Shown: positions 26,282 through 30,815 of the stretch, piece by piece | Layout of the letters: every line of letters begins with the position of its first letter | How positions within the stretch are numbered: position 1 is the first letter of the stretch | From: an uncultured archaeon | GTDB lineage: Archaea > Asgardarchaeota > Lokiarchaeia > Sigyniarchaeales > SOKP01 | Assembly (NCBI GenBank): GCA_964493715.1 | Contig: CAZBPC010000035.1 | Location: forward strand, 1-30,815 | Direction: 5' to 3' | Length of the DNA stretch: 30,815 nt | Made by a program: the position numbers and the translations under genes | The notes under the pieces: generated by a model | Databases searched by the model: none | What the model saw: the letters and a program-made list of their open reading frames with translations, nothing else | What the model was told of the DNA's origin: nothing

Positions 26282-27294
26282 TCATTATCATCCAAAAATT
26301 CGATTTTTGCACCAGTATTATTTGGTTTACAAATATAAATATGGCCTCCTATGCTTTTTAATCGCTTTTGCACCTCTTTCAATAAACTCGTAGTAGTATC
26401 TTCATTCTCTGTAATCCCTATAACACTTGGACCAAAAGATGACATACCATAGGCTTTTAAGCCATAAGTATCGAAAAATTTCAACAAATCCTTAACGATT
26501 TGATGTTGTAAACTAATTTCTATTTTTTTAAATCCTATGTTTTGAATGCGTTTTAAGCCTTCTCCAAAACATTCAAGATTTTTTTTCATTAATCCAGGTA
26601 TTAATTTCATTAAAATTTGATGCGAAACTTCATTTACCTCTTCTTTAGGTATAGGAGCGTGAGATTGAAATATGCTAATTTCTTCATCACCATAAGCTCC
26701 TTTTTTAACATTTGGGATGGCTAAGAGAAAGCTCCAATTTTCTGGAATTGGATATCTCAATAGAGTGATTGCAGGATCGGCATTTGCTGATGCCGAGGAA
26801 GGCAGAAATGTTTCTTTTTCTTTTCCCTTCCCAAAATCATGTCCAGCATCTAAAATGAAACCACCCTCTTCAAAACCCCGCCATCCTATGCCTGAAGTAC
26901 CTCCTCTCTCTACTAATTTAGTCAATTCTATCAATGATAGTTTTGATATGTTTTTTAGTTTTGTTATTGCTGTGGCAATTGCTAAAGATAATTGAGTTTT
27001 TGAGCCAAGACCTACATGAGAAGGATAATATTGTTTCAAATGAAAGTGAAAATTCTTATTATTTACATTAAATGCTTTAAAAATCCTAGAGGCTTTCTCA
27101 TTGATCACTTCTATCGATTCGCGGTAATATTTATTAGCTTCAATCTTAAATTCTTGAGCATTATTCGAAGCTTCAAATACAACATTTGGACGATTCAACA
27201 TAAGTCCAATTCCTCCATCAACTCTTCCCGTGTATCCATTTTCATCAATTAAAGAGAGATGAATTCGACAAGGAGTTGTAATTCTGATTCTCAT
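26278..27294 (-). CDS. mptG: Beta-ribofuranosylaminobenzene 5'-phosphate synthase (GHMP superfamily)
   Basis: TPCRIHLSLIDENGYTGRVDGGIG, HVGLGSKTQ, RGGTSGIG, GGFILDAGH, FLPSSAS, GFKKIE, GMSSFGP, PNNTGA. Confidence 0.9.
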   Translation of the reverse strand: MRIRITTPCRIHLSLIDENGYTGRVDGGIGLMLNRPNVVFEASNNAQEFKIEANKYYRESIEVINEKASRIFKAFNVNNKNFHFHLKQYYPSHVGLGSKTQLSLAIATAITKLKNISKLSLIELTKLVERGGTSGIGWRGFEEGGFILDAGHDFGKGKEKETFLPSSASANADPAITLLRYPIPENWSFLLAIPNVKKGAYGDEEISIFQSHAPIPKEEVNEVSHQILMKLIPGLMKKNLECFGEGLKRIQNIGFKKIEISLQHQIVKDLLKFFDTYGLKAYGMSSFGPSVIGITENEDTTTSLLKEVQKRLKSIGGHIYICKPNNTGAKIEFLDDNE

Positions 27295-27580
27295 AATTTA
27301 CTCATTAGTGAAGCACTCTAAATTCAAAACTAATATAGTGAATAATCAAACTAATATAAATATAATATAATTAAGTTTATGTTGAAAACATCTCTTCTAT
27401 ACATTTTAGGTAATTGGTTCCAAATTTGCTCCAAAAAGAAACAAAATTGTTAATAATTGGAGTTTTTAATTCATATTATATAATCAAATTGATGTACTTT
27501 TTTAACATTTTTGTATATTCGATTGATTCTTCGTAAGAATTAAATATTATAATATTTCTCTATTTTAAAGAGGCAAAAAA

Positions 27581-27982
27581 ATGGTAAATATCTTAATTGT
27601 TGAAGATGACCATTCTTTACGGATATTGTATGAAAAAGCGTTAAAATTAAATGGATATAATGTAATTGGATCTGCGAAAGATGGTGAAGAAGCTGTTAAT
27701 TTATACAAAGATCTTAAAGATAAAACTGAAATTATCCTAATGGATCATAGAATGCCGATTAAGAATGGTATCGAAGCTACAAAAGAGATATTAGCAAATT
27801 CCAGCAAAAACAAACCCAAAATCATATTTGCAAGTGCAGATAAAACTATTAAAAAAATAGCATTATCTATAGGAGCAATCAGTTTTAAAGATAAACCATT
27901 TTCATTAGAAAGGTTATTTAAAAATATTGAAAAATCATTAAACATGGATTTTTCCAATCTTTCACTAGAAAACCAAAAATAA
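27581..27982 (+). CDS. Stand-alone response regulator receiver (CheY-like) protein
   Basis: ILIVEDD, AKDGEEAV, ILMDHRMPIKNGIEA (phosphoacceptor Asp), IIFASA, KPF. Confidence 0.92.
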   Translation: MVNILIVEDDHSLRILYEKALKLNGYNVIGSAKDGEEAVNLYKDLKDKTEIILMDHRMPIKNGIEATKEILANSSKNKPKIIFASADKTIKKIALSIGAISFKDKPFSLERLFKNIEKSLNMDFSNLSLENQK

Positions 27983-28072
27983 CAATACTCTTTTTCCAAA
28001 TAATTTTCCTCTCGATAATTTATTAAATTTCATTACTTTTCATAAAATATACTAGATAAACAAGATAGTGAG

Positions 28073-29476
28073 TTGACACTTTTGAGTGATTTAGAAGGAT
28101 TAACAAGAAGATTAATTCAAAAAGGGAAATCAGATGAAGAAATTCTTAAAAGGTTAATACAAGAGTATTCTGACTTTAAGGATATTGATGAAAACGTAGC
28201 CATGAGATTTGCTAGGGCTATTTTAGAAGAATGTAGAAAAAGTGATGTTACTTTGGTTTCGGATCCATTTATTAATCAGATTTTAGAATTCGAAAAGTCT
28301 AATATTACAATTGGAAAACAGGGGGTCGGTTGTCGAGGTGTAGGTGATTTTTTTATTCATAAATTACTTGGTGAAGTTTCAGAAACTGAAAACAAGCCTT
28401 ATTTATCACCAAAATCTCTAGATGATGCAGGTGCTATTCTTGTTAGTGAAATAAAAAATATTTTTAATAAATCTGTAAAAAATGAAGATTTAATAGTAGT
28501 TTCAAAAATGGAAGGAATTCACTCACGTCTTAGCGACTTTCCATTTATCTGTGGTTTTCATGTGACAAGGGCTGCACTAAGAGATCTCTATGTTAAAGGC
28601 TCAAAACCAATTTCGATAATGATTGATGCTCATTTAGGTGATGATGCTGATGTGGCAAAACTTTTTGATTTCATGGCAGGTGTCTCGGCGATTTCAGAAT
28701 TAACTGGGGTACCAATCACCGCAGGTTCAACTCTAAGGATTGGTGGAGACATGGTTATTGGAAATCGGTTTGTGGGAGGGATTGCAGCAATTGGGCTAGC
28801 AATGAAAAATTTATTAGCAAGAAGAAATATCCAAGAAGGAGATAAGATTTTAATGACTGAAGGAGCAGGGGGAGGTACAATTTCAACAACTGCAATTTAT
28901 TCTGGACATCACGAGGTTGTAAAAGAAACCATAAACATTAAATTTCTTGAAGCTTGTGAGAAAATTTTAAATTCAAACTATATAGATGAGATTCGTGCAA
29001 TGTGTGACGTGACCAATGGAGGTCTGAGGGGAGATTTATATGAAATCAATTATGAAGCAAAATGCGGAGTTACCATATTTGAACAAGAAGTAAAAAATCT
29101 AGTTAATCCCAATGTATTAAATCTATTAGAAACTGTAGGGGTTGATTATTTAGGGGTATCTTTAGATGCTCTATTAATTTATTGTTCCAGTGAAATCACC
29201 GACCGAATTATTAGTGATCTAAATGAAATCCACGTAAAATGTAAAGAGATAGGTTATGTGGATAATTCAATGGAAGTATCAATGATCTTTGAAGGAAAAA
29301 AAAAGAAAAATATTTTACCACGATTTAGAGAATCTGCTTATACGAAAATTAAACAAGAAATAGGAGAAGAAACCCCTGATATAATAAATTTTATGGAAAA
29401 GAATGTTGAAAGAGCAGCTCGTCAATCTTTGAATAAACGAAAGAAAATTATCGATTATATTAATCTTCCAAAATAA
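28073..29476 (+). CDS. AIR synthase (PurM/ThiL/HypE)-related protein, archaeal family
   Basis: GVGCRGVGDFFIH, DDAG, GIHSRLSDFPFICGFHVTRAALRD, AGSTLRIGGDMVIG, MTEGAGGGTI, MCDVTNGGLRGD. Confidence 0.85.
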   Translation: MTLLSDLEGLTRRLIQKGKSDEEILKRLIQEYSDFKDIDENVAMRFARAILEECRKSDVTLVSDPFINQILEFEKSNITIGKQGVGCRGVGDFFIHKLLGEVSETENKPYLSPKSLDDAGAILVSEIKNIFNKSVKNEDLIVVSKMEGIHSRLSDFPFICGFHVTRAALRDLYVKGSKPISIMIDAHLGDDADVAKLFDFMAGVSAISELTGVPITAGSTLRIGGDMVIGNRFVGGIAAIGLAMKNLLARRNIQEGDKILMTEGAGGGTISTTAIYSGHHEVVKETINIKFLEACEKILNSNYIDEIRAMCDVTNGGLRGDLYEINYEAKCGVTIFEQEVKNLVNPNVLNLLETVGVDYLGVSLDALLIYCSSEITDRIISDLNEIHVKCKEIGYVDNSMEVSMIFEGKKKKNILPRFRESAYTKIKQEIGEETPDIINFMEKNVERAARQSLNKRKKIIDYINLPK

Positions 29477-29765
29477 AGAATTAGATTAAAAACAAATTTA
29501 TTTAATAAATTTTGTAATTTGAATATTTTTATGAATCCTAATGTTTTAGAGCATATTATTATTATTTATGTAAAAAAACTTAACCTCTATACATAAAATT
29601 CTCCTAGAATTTCCACTTTTATCGATGAAGTAGAAAAAAAATCTAAATATCTCGAGGAGTAAACATTAAATAAAGGAAGAGCAGCAACGATAAATGCTTT
29701 TATTTATAAATTGAAATGAATTAATTATAGTTGAAAACTAAATAATTAAATATAAGTGATTTAAA

Positions 29766-30707
29766 ATTAGTCAGATTCAAATAACCTTACCTAATGACCT
29801 TGAAAATTATATCCAAACGATACTTGATGTATTGAAAAATGAGCTAAAGATCAAAAATATTCTATTAATAAAAGGAGTAGATAATTCACTCATTATAATT
29901 AGAAGTAATAGAATGATGGTACCAGAAATAGTTAAGAATCTAAATAAGAATGGAGTCGGAACAATTCATGGAATAATTGATATTTTATCACTTAAGGCAT
30001 CAATTCCAGAAATCACTTTAAATGAAGAAGAACAGGAAAAAAAGATTCTAACGCAAAGAGTTACAATTGAGGAGATTAAGAAAAATTTAGAAGAAACTTC
30101 GACATTCAGTCCTGATTTTTTTGCCTTTGTATTTTTATCCGCGTTAGTTGCCGGAGTAGGATTAATCTTAAATTCTGGAATTATACTTATCGCTTCTATG
30201 ATTTTATCTCCGTTAATGAGTCCGATTTTGAGAGTTTCTTTCGGGATAGCAAGTAAGGAATTCAAAATGGTAAAGATTGGAATTTTAGAACAGATTTTAG
30301 GTTTACTTATTTCAATTGGTACTGGTATGCTAATAGGTGTATTAGGGTTGGTCTTTCTAACACCTCCAACTATTACGGCACAAATGGTTGGGAGAGGATA
30401 TCCTAATTTATTTGATTTAATTGTAGCAATCTGTGCGGGTATTGCTGTCGGAATTGGAATCACTGGAAGTATCAAAACTTCATTAATTGGAGTAGCCGTT
30501 GCCGTTGCATTAATGCCTCCTGCTGTGAATATAGGTCTTGTCATTATTTATAATAATCCCCTGCTTTCTTTGGGAAGTTTTACCCTATTGCTCATGAATA
30601 TAATAGCTATTAATATTTGTGCATTGATTGTATTTAAGCTAAAAAGGATAACGACTATACCAAAAGCTTATATTTTTTGGGAAGGAACTAAAGAAATACC
30701 TGATTAA
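29766..30707 (+). CDS. DUF389 / TIGR00341-like membrane protein
   Basis: LSALVAGVGLILNS..ILIASMILSPLMSP, DLIVAICAGIA, LIGVAVAVALMPP, LLLMNIIAIN. The track start is 29832, but the frame is open to ATT at 29766 behind AGTGAT. Confidence 0.85.
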   Translation: MSQIQITLPNDLENYIQTILDVLKNELKIKNILLIKGVDNSLIIIRSNRMMVPEIVKNLNKNGVGTIHGIIDILSLKASIPEITLNEEEQEKKILTQRVTIEEIKKNLEETSTFSPDFFAFVFLSALVAGVGLILNSGIILIASMILSPLMSPILRVSFGIASKEFKMVKIGILEQILGLLISIGTGMLIGVLGLVFLTPPTITAQMVGRGYPNLFDLIVAICAGIAVGIGITGSIKTSLIGVAVAVALMPPAVNIGLVIIYNNPLLSLGSFTLLLMNIIAINICALIVFKLKRITTIPKAYIFWEGTKEIPD

Positions 30708-30815
30708 ATAAATAATATTAGAGAGATTTTCTAATTTTTTAAGAGATTCGTTCCGTAAGTTTGAGATCTTTATGAAAGATTAACAATCCACATTTGAAGA
30801 TTATTGATGATCTAA

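Noticed and set aside
29531-29662. Short frame MNPNVLEH...LYT*NSPRISTFIDEVEKKSKYLEE* with an internal TAA
   Set aside because: It is too short and has no recognisable homology, so neither a pseudogene nor readthrough can be supported.
30708-30815. 3' end of a convergent gene at the window edge
   Set aside because: No frame gives a recognisable or convincingly open coding sequence in the 108 bp available.

Overview
AT-rich archaeal DNA, most likely Asgard (Lokiarchaeia/Promethearchaeia-like). This is inferred from an archaeal AlaRS, GGTGA/GAGTGA ribosome-binding sites, methanopterin/F420 genes and eukaryote-like ubiquitin-pathway enzymes. There are three blocks. (1) 1-9003: housekeeping and accessory genes (partial alaS, PNPOx-like protein, methyltransferase, FtsZ, EndoQ, TPR protein, nucleotidyltransferase, coiled-coil protein). 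(2) 9157-15625: a self-contained ubiquitin-like (Ubl) conjugation locus. It has two paralogous Ubls with acidic N-terminal tails that end in -PASTAG plus a short tail rather than GG, and a third, non-conjugatable paralog fused to a membrane anchor. It also has a double wHTH regulator flanked by an inverted 27-bp promoter element, a Uba3-like E1, an E2 with insertions, a JAB/MPN+ protease and a 6-TM protein with a variant RING. This block is the standout candidate for an undescribed, membrane-directed modification system. (3) 16372-27294: a pterin/flavin/F420 cofactor cluster (mptA, amidohydrolase, arfC, cofG, cofH, DHPS-like, DUF1464, DUF447, mptD, mptG) containing an internally deleted phosphodiesterase gene, followed by a receiver protein, an AIR-synthase-like protein and a DUF389 protein. 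Two genes appear to start at ATT. No rRNA, tRNA, CRISPR array or transposase was seen. All family calls come from motif recognition by eye, not database searches.
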